This document shows positions 1 through 13,440 of a stretch of 64,000 nucleotides of DNA, piece by piece (position 1 is the first letter of the stretch; each line of letters begins with the position of its first letter). Below the pieces are notes generated by a model. That model had not been told where the DNA came from. It did not search any database and was given only the letters and a program-made list of their open reading frames with translations. The stretch lies in assembly GCF_006345805.1 (NCBI RefSeq), contig NC_043000.1:157976001-158040000 (forward strand), in the 5' to 3' direction. The stretch is from Octopus sinensis. Taxonomy: Eukaryota. The position numbers and the translations under genes were made by a program.

Positions 1-518
1 TACGAATATATATATGATAGATCAGAGGAATTGTGTATCTGGTACTGCTACAATTGTTTCATTTGAAACTATCGTGATGCTCACAATGGTACAGTTAGGT
101 ATGTTCTATGCAGACTGTGCATAAGAATATGTAACACATGATGCGACTCTCATCTCCTCAGGCTCAACAAAAATACAAACGAGCAACGATGACAGAAAAA
201 TCATAGCTCATAAGCATAATTTAGTCTTTACATATGTATAGAAATACTTGTTTGCTGGAAGATATATGTATATATTTCATGTATACATGTATACATGGTG
301 GTGAGTCTATATGTATATACTAAGTGTAATACATGTTTTAATATTTAGCATCTGTCTGTGCAACTTACGTTCTTGTTATTTGTTTACTTTTATTCTTCCT
401 GTCTTTTTCTTTTTCATTTTATCTAACAGCGTTTTTTCGCTTTCCCGTTTGCTAATAAGTGTGTTTAAATTTGTATATAAATGAAAATGAATGTGTATAT
501 GCTACACACACATACATA

Positions 519-845
519 GGTATTCGGCACTCCGTCGTTTACGACAACAAGGGTTCCAGTTGATCCGACCAACGGGACAGACTGCTAATGAAAATACCGT
601 GCAAGTAACAGAGCACTCCATAGACACGCTTAGTTTTTTTTTTCTTTATACTGTAGGTCTCAGGGAGATTCAGCGTGACTCAGAATGTGACATGACCGGC
701 CCTTTTAAATACAAGTTCAACTCATGTTTGCCAGATGTGTGGGCTCGAGCCACGTGAAATAGAGCAACTTTACTCAAACACGCAACGCACCGCTGGGAAT
801 CGAACTCATCGCATTACAGCCGTGAGCTGAATAAATTGACAACTA
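519..845 (-). mobile_element. tRNA-derived SINE (family C), degenerate
   Basis: B-box-like 'gggaatcgaactc' on + at ~796 (antisense tRNA head); body similar to 51248-51480 ('gcaac(g/t)...ctcaa..acacgcaacgc'). Confidence 0.55.
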
Positions 846-1002
846 ACTTACGCGTCTTCACTCATACATGCATGGATACATACATAAATATATACATGCA
901 GAGTATCCAAAATGTCACTGATAGGTTTCAATTTCTAATAATTTCCTTAACTTCACAAATAAATGCATAAAATTTTGATTTAACATAAAGGACAAAATGC
1001 AA

Positions 1003-1428
1003 GTGGCTGTGTGGTAAATAGCTTGCTAACCAACCACATGGTTCCGGGTTCAGTACCACTGCGTGGCATCTTGGGCAAATGTCTTCTGCTATAGCCCCGG
1101 GCCGACCAATGCCTTGTGAGTGGATTTGGTAGGTGGAAACTGAAAGAAGCCCATCGTATATATGTATATATATATATGTATATATATATATGTGTGTGTG
1201 TCTGTGTGTGTATGTTTGTGTGTCTGTGTTTGTCCCCCTAGCATTGCTTGACAACCGATGCTGGTGTCTTTACGTCCCCGTCACTTAGCGGTTCGGCAAA
1301 AGAGACCGATAGAATAAGTACTGGGCTTACAAAGAATAAGTCCCGGGGTCGATTTGCTCGACTAAAAGTGGTGCTCCAGCATGGCCGCAGTCAAATGACT
1401 GAAACAAGTAAAAGAGTAAAGAGTAAGT
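1003..1428 (+). mobile_element. tRNA-derived SINE family A (octopus OK/OR-like), with internal (TA)n/(TG)n microsatellite
   Basis: A box 'tggctgtgtggtaa', B box 'ggttcagtacc'; near-identical copies at 29.2k, 38.1k, 42.1k, 62.9k; 3' 'aaagagt' tandem tail. Confidence 0.85.
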
Positions 1429-2356
1429 CAAAGTTAGAAACGCAACTACATTAAATATCAAAAATGACATCGCTTAAATGGTAGCCATTTTCAGCTTCGT
1501 ACACCCGTTCTCTTTCCAAAACTTGCACTATAAAACCCTCAAGAGATTCTCACCTGTGATTTCTATATGGATGTTCTCCTTCAGTCGCACCAAGGTGTCT
1601 GGTTTGTGCGAATCCGAAAATGGTTGCCATTTAAGCAATGTTATTTTTCATATGTGATGTAGTGGTGTTGCAAAATTTGACTTAAGTATATTAATTTCTA
1701 TCATGTCCTTTATATTGTATGAAAATTTCATGTATATATTTGTAAAGTTAAGGGAGTTGTTAAAAATTGAAACCCATCAGTGACTTATGGAACACCCTGT
1801 ACATACATACATACATACATACATACATACATTCATACATTCATACATTCATACATGCATTCATACAAAGATATTTACCTACATACATAGGTACACACAG
1901 CACACTAACACATATATCTATATATCTATGCGTGTCGCTATGTGTATGCGTTTATATACATGCGTTCATATACAGGTCTTTGTGTATATAGATATTTGTG
2001 CTTTTCTATATATATTTATTTCAATGCTAATGAATCATTTTGATCTTCTCCGTTATAACTCAGATTTCCAACCGATTTCGAAAGGAAATTCTCCTGTATA
2101 TACCCGCTGCAATTTTCAAATCTTTATCGTTTTTAATATTGAAATGATTCTTGCATCAAACTCTGGTCCTCGAGTATTTGCGACTCTAGGATTACGGCAG
2201 TATATATTACTTACTTTCTACATTCCATTCAATCCCACACATTCACAAACATATCATATCATATTACACACTCAAACAAAAATAAATTAGGAAGGGTAAT
2301 ATGATTCCTTATAGGACCTCCAAAAGTAGCTCGAATGTGAAAAAGATAAGAAGAAT

Positions 2357-2411
<55 letters not shown>

Positions 2412-2638
2412 GTGTGTGTGTGCATGTAAATATATATGTACATATATATGCATGTATATATTTAAATATATATATATGTAATAAATATATATATACATAT
2501 ATATATATACGTATATATGCATACATATATATGCATATGTATATATATACATACATTTATATATATGCATATATATATATACATACACATATAGATGTGC
2601 CTACATACATATATATGTATATGCATGCATATATATAT

Positions 2639-2686
<48 letters not shown>

Positions 2687-2720
2687 TACATATATATATA
2701 TACATACATATATATATACA

Positions 2721-3111
2721 CTAGCAGTATCGCCCGGTGTTGCTCGGGTTTGTTTCGACCCGCTGGAATTGGAATTTTTGAAAAGTAAGAATTTTGCATT
2801 ATATAGCTTGTTATTGTGTTCAAGGGAACATTTTTCTGGTTGAAATACACCGAAAAGTGGCGACACAGCAGTGAAAAAATGGTAAAAAATAGTGATTTTC
2901 ATAGAAAAAAGCAGCTTTTTGATGTAAATAATTTTTGGTGTTAACATGGTCCGATTTGAATTTTATCTCCTACGGAAGGAAGAGCAACCGTTCTTCTATC
3001 ATACTCTCAATTTTGGTCAACTTGCACCGCATGGTCTCGGAGGAGATAGTGTTAGTTAAAGGCTACCAAACCTGCCGCACACAGACAACTTCAGCTTTAT
3101 ATACAGAGAGA
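2721..3111 (-). mobile_element. Non-autonomous Helitron (391 bp)
   Basis: Minus strand starts A|TC at 3111 and ends CTAG|T at 2721; subterminal hairpin cccgg-tgttgc-tcggg at 2733-2748; A/T target site. Confidence 0.8.
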
Positions 3112-3237
3112 TAACACACACACATTAATACACATACATACACACACACACATACACATGTATGTATGTATGTATGGATGTATGTATGTATATATGTACA
3201 TCTGTCCACTTCTTGCCATATTTTTATCCTTCACTTC

Positions 3238-3279
<42 letters not shown>

Positions 3280-3975
3280 GCACACACAGACACACACACA
3301 CACGCGCACATACACACACACACCTTCTTAGCTTACAATTTATTTCTTTCAACAATTGACAACTGAAGTACGTTCGCCAATTAATACTACCAAAATTTAG
3401 CTACAGAAAGTAAATTAAAAACCAATCTACCTTTTCTGTTGAGTTATGGCAATTCGACCGTCGGTGTGTGTTTGCAAATGTGTTCGAATGAGAAAGTGAA
3501 TTGTGTTTGGCGCCTTTTTTACTAATAACAAACACACACGTGTGTGTGTTTGAGTGTTTGTATGTAGTTGTTTGAAACGTTTGTGTTTGTCACTGTCATA
3601 TATGTATATGTTTGCGTGTGTATGTGTGTGTGTGAGGAATGGCAAACCAGATAGATAGAGTGCGAAGTTCTTTTGAAGTTCGCGCTCCATTTGTGTGCGT
3701 GTGTGTGTGTGCGTGCTTTAGGTGTACATAGGTATGTGTTTTTGTGTGTGTGTCACCGAAGCCATACATACATATATACATACATAACCTCTCTCTCTTC
3801 TTTTCTCTCTCAGTCACTCACTACCAAAAGTGAATAAATAAAGTTCAGTTATCTCTGTCTTTCACACATACACACACAGCACAACATTACTCTCTCTGTC
3901 TCTTTACACACACTAACAAAAGCACTTCACTTACACACCACACTTTCTGTGTCGCACACCCCATCAAACACACAC

Positions 3976-4023
<48 letters not shown>

Positions 4024-4400
4024 GCACGCACACATGTACATCAATGCTTCCGATGCACACCAACTTCAAAAGAACTTCCCCCAAAAAATATGCACGTGTA
4101 TCTGTTTCCCCGCTTGCAAAGAGAAAGTAGGAGAAAGTGTGGTAATAGAAAGACTGAAGCATTTGAAATGAGAGAGGCAAATCGTAATATATTGAGTTTG
4201 ATCAAGTTTTTGCTTAACTGGGGGTCAAATTGAAAAAAATTTATATGCCATGACCCAATCGAATCTACTTCGAAAAATCATAGGTAAATTCCAATTGAAG
4301 AAATTGTATATTATACAATTGTATTAAAAACGGACATGGTAACAGGCAGAGAAAATCTGCCTTTTATCATAAGAGATACATACATGTATATATACATACA

Positions 4401-4509
<109 letters not shown>

Positions 4510-4512
4510 TAC

Positions 4513-4559
<47 letters not shown>

Positions 4560-5950
4560 AGTGTGTAGGACTAAATTTTCCAGGAGGACAACGTGGAAAC
4601 CTTTTGAGCGCCCGCTAATGTTCACATACTCGCCCCTTATGCTACGCGGCATCTCCTCAACGTAATCTGTTGTCTCTGCACCGTCCCTCAGTACACTGCA
4701 TGTTCTAGACAAGATTCATAGACACGCATCAAATCTGCCACATAAATCTCAAACATAAATCATGCAGTAAGAGAATTTCTAAAACCCTACGCATTTGTCT
4801 GACAACCCTAGCTTTGAATAAAAGAGTTTGTATCTCACAAAAGATAAAAGATGAAATAGAAGCACTATCGACCATAGCAAGTACAAAACTTGACAGATTT
4901 TAGAACAATACAGTAGAAGACAGAGTATCAGAGACGTGTAGCAACTCCCTAAGAAATCCGCAACTGGGCTGCACAAACTCATACAGCGCACAAAATATAG
5001 GGAAGCTGTGTTCCCCTCCACGGATAAGTCCGGCAAGATGTCGATAGACAACCTGCTGAAATACATCCAGGCAATGCAACCCAACATTACCAACATGAAG
5101 AAAACGACAGTACAAGAGTATGAGTAAAAAGAAAAGATTATCAATGCTCACATGACGTGGCCAACCATCCTGGGAGCAAAGAAGCGCACGGCCACCAATT
5201 TCAAGGCCACAAATAATGATATCGCAGCGCTATATGGGCTCCGCCAGGATTAGAAAGCGAGTGCTGAACCGGTGATAAGATCACCAACAATACCGGTCTG
5301 TGGGACCAATGTTGCCAGCAACTACAGAATCTCTTATTTCCTCTCTATGATCATACGCCCTGTAATCAAAATGTCCCAGGATGTGTGTGATAGCTCAGAA
5401 GATCTTCTGAACAGATCAACGAATGCAACCACGCCTGCAACCTGACGGGATGCATAGTAGGCATTATTTATGTAATATCCATAAACCCATCCATTTGCTG
5501 CGGAGAAATGTGTGGAGGTGATCAGCGACAGCGATGCAAAATTTCGTAGTTTGGATACAGAAGAAATGGGCCTCCTTCTTAGACTTACATGTGTCATGGA
5601 TTACTTAGACGAACACGACCTTAGTTGATTCTGTTCCACTAGATCAGTAAGAGGGAGACCTGCTATTGTAACATCAATGGTCAAGAAGACTCCTCGAGCG
5701 AGATGTATTAGGTGAACCAGAGATATGGACCCCCGAAAGCTACGATCGGTTGAGTAAAATAGTCGCACATGTGGTAAGTGCGAGTACCAGAGTCACACTA
5801 AAGGACCACATATTCCAATATTGTATTATAATGATACGGTGGATGAAGTGTTGTATGTCTTTCCAACTTCGTTGAGTCACACACGCGGGAAACATTTCTC
5901 AACATTCTCACCAATAATCCATTACTTGCATGCCATAAAGAACATCAGAA
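4560..5950 (-). pseudogene. Possible decayed L1/Tx1 ORF1 (gag-like) relic
   Basis: More GC-rich than flanks; broken frames include DIIICGLEIGGRALLCSQDGWPRHVS, resembling a degenerate ORF1 zinc-knuckle region; recalled similarity only. Confidence 0.3.
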
Positions 5951-6034
5951 GAATGAGTTAGTACAGAGCAAGTGTCACTCTACCAATATGTGCGAATTTT
6001 ACGACCAATATCGTAAGTTAAGTACAATAATTTA

Positions 6035-7245
6035 TCAAGTCATCCCATAAGTTCTCTCAGATTTTACCTTCTTCAATGGAATTAAAAATTATTTTTATGC
6101 ATTTGTGTACCTTTAAACTGATTACATATTATTTTACAGAATAATAGAATAAAAATTTCTTTGATCAAAACCCTTTCTAACATGGAAGTATCCAAAGAGC
6201 ATTTGAAGCACGTAATGCTTTATGAGTACTAAAAAGGAAACTCTGTAGCCGAAGCGACTCGAAACATACACTCAACTTATGGGTAAGAATGCATGAATGA
6301 AAGAACTTGCAGAAGATGGTTTGCAAAAGTCAGAAGTGAAGATTTCAGCCTTGAAGATGAAGATCGAACAGGACGTCCAGTTGAGTTTGATGATAAGCTC
6401 CTTGGGGCATTACTTGGAGAAAATCCTTCATTATCAGTTGAAGAATTTGAAATAAAGCTTAGTTCGAACCATACAACTGTTCATCGTCATCTTCAACAAC
6501 TTGGAAAATTAGAGCCTCATGAATTGTCCGAAAGCAGCCATAAATCCCGAGTTGACATCTCTCTCTATTCTCACGAACTCATTTCACCCTTTTTTGGATA
6601 GACGTGTGACTGGTGACGAAAAATGGATCTTCTATCGAAATGTCGTAAACAGTGGTTTGGTAAAAGGGAAAAGGCTCAACCACAACCAAGAAGGGAACTT
6701 CATGGGAAAAAAGGTTCTTCTCTCTATCTGGTGGGATTACAAAGGAGTAATTCACTTTGGATTGTTGCCACATAATGCAACAAACAATGCTCAAGTCTAC
6801 TGTCAGCAATTAGAACGCTTGAACCAAGCTTTGAAGAGAAAAAGACCCGCTTTAATGAATCGAAAAGGAGTGATTTTTCATCAGAACAATGGGCGACTTC
6901 ACACTGCAAAGATCACATCACAGAAGATCGAAGAGCCTGGGTGGGAAAAAATTCCTCATCCACCTTATTCTCTTGACCTTACTCTTGACCTTCTGTAGTT
7001 TACAGAATAATTTGGGGGATATAATTTTCGCAAGCCAGAAGGAGGTCGAAACTGACATTTCAGAGTTCTTTGCTTTGAAACCAAAAGAGTTTTAAATTGA
7101 TGGGATTAAAAAGCTGGTAAATAGATGGAAGGAAGTCATAGATAATCAGGGAAAGTTCATTGATGATTAAATTTCAATTAAATATAACATTTGATCACTT
7201 GTTTTCTTTATTCAAAATTCGGACAGAACTTATGGGATGACATGA
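6035..7245 (+). mobile_element. Full-length decayed mariner (DD34D) transposon
   Basis: TIRs tcaagtcatcccataagttct (6035) / agaacttatgggatgacatga (7225-7245) flanked by TA; motifs RTGRP, VTGDEKWIFY, HQNNGRLH, PHPPYSLDL in frameshifted ORFs 6293-6998. Confidence 0.92.
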
Positions 7246-7887
7246 TATTTCCACGTTTGCATTACTTGAGAGAAAACCGTCAAACATAGGTGCATATGTG
7301 TGTGTGTGTGTGTGCGTGTGTGTGCGTGTGAGTGTGTATGCATGTGTTTGCCTCATTACTCATACCGATACACTCACACACGCACATTATTATACCTGTG
7401 ACGTAGAGAACTGTGCAGCCACGGGATCTATTGCGATGTAAGTTAAACACAATTTATTAATTAGAACGTCAGAGATCGGTTACTCCTTCCTGTCTGCCAT
7501 TAATTAATTTTACTTTACATCTGTGGTTTACCGTATTGCAGTGTCAGGCTTCTATTAATAAATTAATTCAGGTTGTTTACTCTTGCACTCTTATGCGAAT
7601 TTGGTGGACCAATTTTGGTTCTGTTTGTGTTTCATTCGTCCTCCGCTAGAAATAATAATTAAGGTTCATGAATTTCTGTTCTCTGAGAATGAAATATTAA
7701 TCACTTAAGCAACTTTTGTCATTTATTCTTTTCACCATATCAAGCAAATTATGCAACTCTCTATCTTTCTTCGTCTCTTCACTGTTTTGTATAACAAGCT
7801 ATATATATGAGACTATGTGTGTGTGCGTATATAACAAAATCTTGAACAAAAAAAAATGTGATCGTATTATCAACGTGTGAATACATG

Positions 7888-8045
7888 GCAGCGAGCGGGT
7901 AGAACCGGTAGTGCATCCTACAAAATACAAAGTGGTATTTCTTCCCTTTCTCTATGTTCTAAGTTCTAATTCGCGTGAGTCGGGTTTACCTTCCATCCTT
8001 TCGGGTTCGATAAACATAGTATAATTCAAGTACTCAAGTTCCTTA
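7888..8045 (+). mobile_element. Old SINE family B copy
   Basis: 'ggcagcgagcgggtagaacc...ttccatcctttcgggttcgataaa' matches the family B head and core. Confidence 0.5.
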
Positions 8046-8429
8046 GACATCGCTGATCATGTGTCAGATTTAAGAAGAATTGTATGTGTACGTACACATA
8101 TAATATAAAAAACGTGTTGTTTGTGCACAGTGACCGATTAAGTAAAAAGTATAGCCATCAACTTCAGCAACTGCAACCAAATATTCGATTGGAATATTTT
8201 CGTATGAAATTTGACGCAAAAAAGGAAGTCTGTGTTGCAATTCGTTGATATTTAATAAGAAATCAGATTTATCAGATTTCACCGCTATCTTAGAGTAAAC
8301 CGTACATCAACAAACACAGCTGTATTCAGAAGTATCAAAGATTATGTTTCGAATGCAACCAGAAAGGCATTCCTATGCAAGCCTCGAATGCACCACTTGG
8401 TGAGCTTATACTTAGACATATATAGTGGA

Positions 8430-8880
8430 TCCATTACTGCATGAAAAATAATTCGAAGAAAACATATACATATATATGTGTGCATGAGTACAGTGAGTGT
8501 GTGGGGGTGGGGTGATCAAATAAATATATAATAATGTGTGTGTGTGTCACTTGGCACATTGCCTCATGACGGTCACTGTACACGCAACCGTATGCTGCCA
8601 TCTGTTGGCGCACTACAGATATAATCTGGGGTGTTTTCATACTACCTGGTCCATTCGGTGGTCCAAATGCGGCGATCATTACATCGGTAGTACTCTCCGA
8701 CCGTTTCTCATACGACTGAACGCACACCTGACGATCAAAATGTTTTCCTTCTGAAAGCTCTTACTCAATTGCAGCAGCAGCACCACCAGAGATACACCCT
8801 TTCGTACTTGCCAAAAAGAGGAATAGAGGAAAGCTACTTATCAAGGAACCCTAACTGACCCACCGAATTAACGCGAAAAT
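8430..8880 (-). pseudogene. Possible L1/Tx1 ORF1 relic
   Basis: ORF 8434-8727 contains PQIISVVRQQMAAYGCVYSDRHEAMC, a degenerate CCHC-like pattern; ends in (CA)n. Confidence 0.25.
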
Positions 8881-9006
8881 CAATAGTCGATCGGAGTTGG
8901 ATCACTGGACCCTATAAATTACCAATACCCCTACATCGCTCCAATCACGGATAACATGATCGTTATCACACCGATGTTTGGTACTGTTGCTTCTTACAAC
9001 CATGTT

Positions 9007-10781
9007 CACCGCCGTCGCCTGCCGCGATAAGGTTTGTCGTTGTCCGCCACCTACTGGACACATACTACCAACACCATCACCGACTTCTACCACAGCATTT
9101 ATCATCATTGACAACCACCTTCACTACCACTGCTGTCAACATACAGCCAGTCTTCAAGCCACTTCTCAGTGTGACCTCTACGGCATCAACAATGCCATCA
9201 TTTGTACAGCTGCTGCTACTCGCACAAGCAACGGACTATACGGGGTCACTGCTCATCCGGCTATCCAAATGATAGGATATACGAAGATACACATTTATTT
9301 GGCTATAATTTTGAAGATGGGACTTTGCGCCTGAAATATATAAAGCTTTTACAACTATCATCTCGGCTTTGTTAGAAGCTTTCCTCCTTTTATCTTTTCC
9401 TTTATTATTCTACTTTAATAGAGACGCCTTCCTCATAGCACTGTGTGTAAAAAGCCCCTGGAAGTCAGAGACAAGCGAGATAACTCGCCTCCAGTCGCAT
9501 CCAATTAGTTTTTGGCTCATTTATGACTTTCAGGTGTTGTAACATCCAGTACTATCAGGTAGTTGTCCCAAGAGCTCTGTATGACGGAGAACCGGCGAAC
9601 AAGCAATAGGCATTTGAGTATGTGCGGTCGATAATATTTAGAACGTTAGCGCTGCTTTTAATTCATAATTGAATTTAACCTTACGTATGCATCGTCGTGG
9701 CATTCTAAGCAATGGTTCTTACATTATTTGTATATAGTCATAAACTGGCGATTCAGTTCGACCCCGATTCGATTCAGATATGAGATGTTGATAATCCACA
9801 TAACTGGCAAAATACTTAATGCTTCGTTCTCTAACATGAAATTGTTTATTATGTAGCGTACAGTGTGGCACGTTGTATTCTCTCCACCACAATTCAGTCT
9901 GTTCTTGTATAAACATAGCTTCATGCCCTACTTCCTTCACTCATGTGAGTGAAACTTGAGCGGAGTGGATCCCTTTGAGCATAATTGTTGTTCCACTGCA
10001 CTTACATTTAAGGATACGTTATTCGAGCAGAAATGCTTTCGTAACTGGGATTATTGGTGTTAATAATATCCTGATGCAACATGTTTTTTGTCTCATTGCT
10101 TAAATTGTGTGGGAGTGAGTTCTTAGAATTTTGACTTAAGGTTTAATCCGTCATTGATGCCTGAGTTGATAGGTTAGTAAAATTATTGTATGGTACTTTT
10201 TTTCAGCTTGCTACATTACAAACATATTGTAATATGCACCATACTTAAATTAAGGCGGCTGTTATAAGTGGGATATAAGGCTTTGAAACCCCCCAGATCG
10301 AATTACCTCTACGAGCAATGACTCCGCTTGGGCGAATAGCAGCAGTTCTACAGATGATGGAGCTGGCAGAAACGTTAGCACGCCGGGCGAAATGCTTAGC
10401 GGTATTTCGGCTGCCGCTACGTTCTCAGTTCAAATTCCGCCGAGGTCAACTTTGCTTTTCATCCTTTCGGGGTCGATTAAATAAGTACCAGTTACGGACT
10501 GGGGTCGATATTATCGGCTTAATCCGTTTGTCTGACCTTGTTTGTCCCCTCTGTGTGTAGCCCCTTGTGGGCAGTAAAGAAATAGGTATTGTTGATGCCG
10601 TAGAGGTCACACTGAGAAGTGGGGTTGAAGACTAGCCGTATGTTGACATCAGTGGTAGTGAAGGTGGTTTCCAATGATGATAAATGCAGTGGTAGAAGTC
10701 GGTGATGGTGTCGGTGGTATGTGTCCAATAAGTGGCGGACACCAACAACAAACCTTATCGCGGCAGGCGACGGCGGTGGCA
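9007..10781. repeat. Pair of ~250 bp inverted repeats (9007-~9255 and ~10315-10781, the right arm split by a SINE)
   Basis: caccgccgtcgcctgccgcgataagg...ctacggcatcaacaat is reverse-complementary to 10588-10781; homology resumes left of the SINE (gcgaatagcagcagttctacagatgatgg). Confidence 0.75.
10359..10586 (+). mobile_element. tRNA-derived SINE family B
   Basis: 'gagctggcagaaacgttagc...gttctcagttcaaattcc...ggggtcgat...aaagaaata'; copies at 12.1k and 13.3k. Confidence 0.8.
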
Positions 10782-11444
10782 GTAGCTGTGGCGGCGGCGA
10801 ACATTGTTTCATCTTGACTGTTTTAAGAAATGCATTGTACAATATTTAATTCCTTTCGAAGTATGAGTACTCATTACAATTGTATACTACTGTAAAGTGG
10901 TATAAACTTAATTCGAATTGAATAATGTGCAACATGGATTCGATTTAAAAAAAAAAATGAACTTGTTTCAAATGATAGTCTGTAACCGTTCGCAAGGTGT
11001 AAAAGCATAACATGGAATCTTTATGGCCAGTTGACATCTAAGCAGCAGATAACATCCATAAAATCGTATCCCAGTATAAAAATCATAAGGTAATCTCTAA
11101 AGACTATTAGGGAGAGAAGGTCATGGTTGAAATATCTATCATCATAGGTTGGCTCTGTCACAACTGATCTAATAACATCAATTCCACTTCGGTTGTCAGT
11201 AAACCCTGTCCTCGATCTCACCTCCCTCTTTTTTTCTGTTATATATAAATACACATTTACCTCTGCACTCAGACACATATGTACATATGCACCATAAATA
11301 CATATTTATACAGTCAAACAACCCTACCTACCCCCTACACACAAACTCTTTTAAGACTGGCAAGTGATGAGGTACTGATTTCTTAAAATTTTGATCGATT
11401 ATGTCTCAATGAAGTCCCTTCAGAGTGTGTCTCTATGTGTGTGT

Positions 11445-11499
11445 GTGAGAGAGAGAGGGTGAGAGGGAGAGAGAAAGAGAGAGAGAGAAAGAAGGAAAG

Positions 11500-11582
<83 letters not shown>
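11445..11582. repeat. (GA)n microsatellite
   Basis: Direct reading. Confidence 0.95.
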
Positions 11583-11584
<2 letters not shown>

Positions 11585-11827
11585 AGTAAATAGATAATAA
11601 TTTGCTGCGTAACATCATTATATGAAAATTTGGATTACGAATCAAATTTTACGCAAGAAAGTTCCAACAATTTATGTTTGCTCGACTTTCCTTCATTTGA
11701 GCAACATTTTCAAGAATGAAATTAATGAGCTCAGATATCGTAGCTTTTGTCATTTCTGATCAGGTTTTCCTTAGTAATGCTTCAAATATACCTCATTACT
11801 ATCATTCTTTAAAATGACATTATTAAC

Positions 11828-12145
11828 TAAGGTATATGAATAATGATGCACATATAGAAAGTAAAATGCTGAATCAGAAAAGAAGTAGGTAGACTTTTAT
11901 GCTGTAACTGAAAACATTCCAATGGAAATATTATCTGTAGTGTATAGACAACATTCGAAATGCGGTGATAGTTAACTGCTTCTACATTTAAGAGATGAGT
12001 ACTTATATATATCATTTGCATTTGACGGATATTTGTCCTCATCTTCTTTGTTGTTAACACGACGTTTCGGCTGATGTACCCTCCAACCTTCATCAAGTGT
12101 CTTGGTTAAATTACGAACTTGGGTTCTCATTCCTAAGGTATTTTT
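11828..12145 (-). mobile_element. Penelope-like pseudo-LTR remnant
   Basis: Contains a decayed minimal hammerhead at 12056-12101; non-coding; interrupted by a SINE at 12146. Confidence 0.5.
12056..12101 (-). ncRNA. Degenerate minimal type-I hammerhead ribozyme
   Basis: Minus: GACAC-uUGAUGA-A-GGUUG..CAGCC-GAAAC-GUC-GUGUU; stem I and stem II pair; C3 is mutated; stem III is the ACGU palindrome. Confidence 0.55.
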
Positions 12146-12375
12146 CGAGCTGGCAGAAACGTTAGCATGCTGGACGAAATGCTTAGCGGTATTTCGTTTG
12201 CCGTTACGTTCTGAGTTCAAATTCTGCTGAGGTCGACTTTTCCTTTCATCCTTTCAGGGTCGATAAAAAAAGTATTAGTTGCGCACTGGTGTCGATGTAA
12301 TCGACTTAATCCCTTTGTCTGGCCTTGTTTGTCCCCTCTATGTTAGTCACTTGTAGGCAATGAAAAATAAAAAAA
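12146..12375 (+). mobile_element. SINE family B
   Basis: High similarity to 10359-10586. Confidence 0.8.
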
Positions 12376-12394
12376 GTTATTATTATAATCATTG

Positions 12395-13440
12395 TCACTG
12401 CTGGAATCGAAACCGGAATCTTGGGGTTAGTAGCCCGCGCTCTTAACCACAACGACTCCGAAAAGATGAAAGGTAAAGTCGACCGCAGCGGAATTTGACC
12501 TCACGTCATAAAATCGCACGAAATGCCGCTAAGTATTCTTTCCGGTGTGCTAAGGATTCTGCCAGCTCGCCGCATTTGTTTAGTCGATAATATCCTTCCT
12601 TCTATAAGTAAAAGACCTGGATTTGGTGGGAGGGGCCAGTCATAAGATCCACCCAAGTACGCAACTGGTACTTAATTTATCGACCTCGTAAGGATGAAAG
12701 GCAAAGTAGACCTCGGTGGAATTCGAACTAAGAATGTAAAAACAGACAAAATACCGCTAAGCATTTTTCCCGGCGTGCCAATGATTCTGCCAGCTCACCG
12801 CATCTGTTTAGTCGATACTATCGTCTGCTATGTCTGGCTGGTACATTATTTGGCTGGTACATTATTTGGCCGGTACTCTATTTCATAAATCCTAGCAGTG
12901 TTGAAAGACAAAGTTGACCTAGAGTGATTTGAACACAGAACGTAAAGTGACGGAATATTAATAATCTCGATTTACGCACAACCTGACAGTCTGAAGGGGA
13001 GATGGTTAGTCGGTACCATCGACCACAATACTTGACAGTTGCTTTATTTTATTAGTTCCGAAAAGGTACGAGGCTAAATTGACCAACACAGAATTTGATT
13101 TCAGAAAGTAAAGAATCGTTACGAATTCTGCAAAACACTTTTCTAAACACTGTAACGGTTCTGCCAGCTCACAGCCATGCAACTTAAAGTAGAAGGGTTC
13201 TTTTTGATATAGGCGTACTGCCTGAAGTTTTGAGGAAGGGCGTTTGTCGATTACATCGACCCTGTACTTTTCTTATTTTTTATTGCCTACAAGTGGCTAA
13301 ACATAGAGGGGACAAGCAAGGCCAGACAAAGGGATTAAGTCGATTTCATCGACACCAGTGCGCAACTAGTGCTTTTTTATCGACCCTGAAAGGATGAAAA
13401 GCAAAACCGACCTCGGCAGAATTTGAACTCAAGCGTAAGG
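12395..13440 (-). mobile_element. Cluster of stacked SINE fragments (tRNA head at 12395-12450; several family B relics; best copy 13271-13440)
   Basis: Repeated 'aaggatgaaaggcaaagtcgacctcggcggaatttgaactc' variants at ~12465, 12690, 12905, 13065, 13390; antisense head gtggttaagagcgcgggctactaaccccaagattccggtttcgattcc. Confidence 0.7.

Noticed and set aside
40-120. GAAACAAUUGUA on minus, the same stem III as the 48.4k HHR
   Set aside because: No recognisable CUGANGA or stem II upstream
9719-9940. Complex-looking ORFs here, at 29694-29915 and at 43195-43494 as host exons
   Set aside because: No recognisable domain or convincing splice-site pair; within the length expected by chance
12395-12450. 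tRNA gene-like sequence (also SINE heads at 1003, 38099, 51415)
   Set aside because: A and B boxes present but no complete cloverleaf or acceptor stem; they are SINE heads
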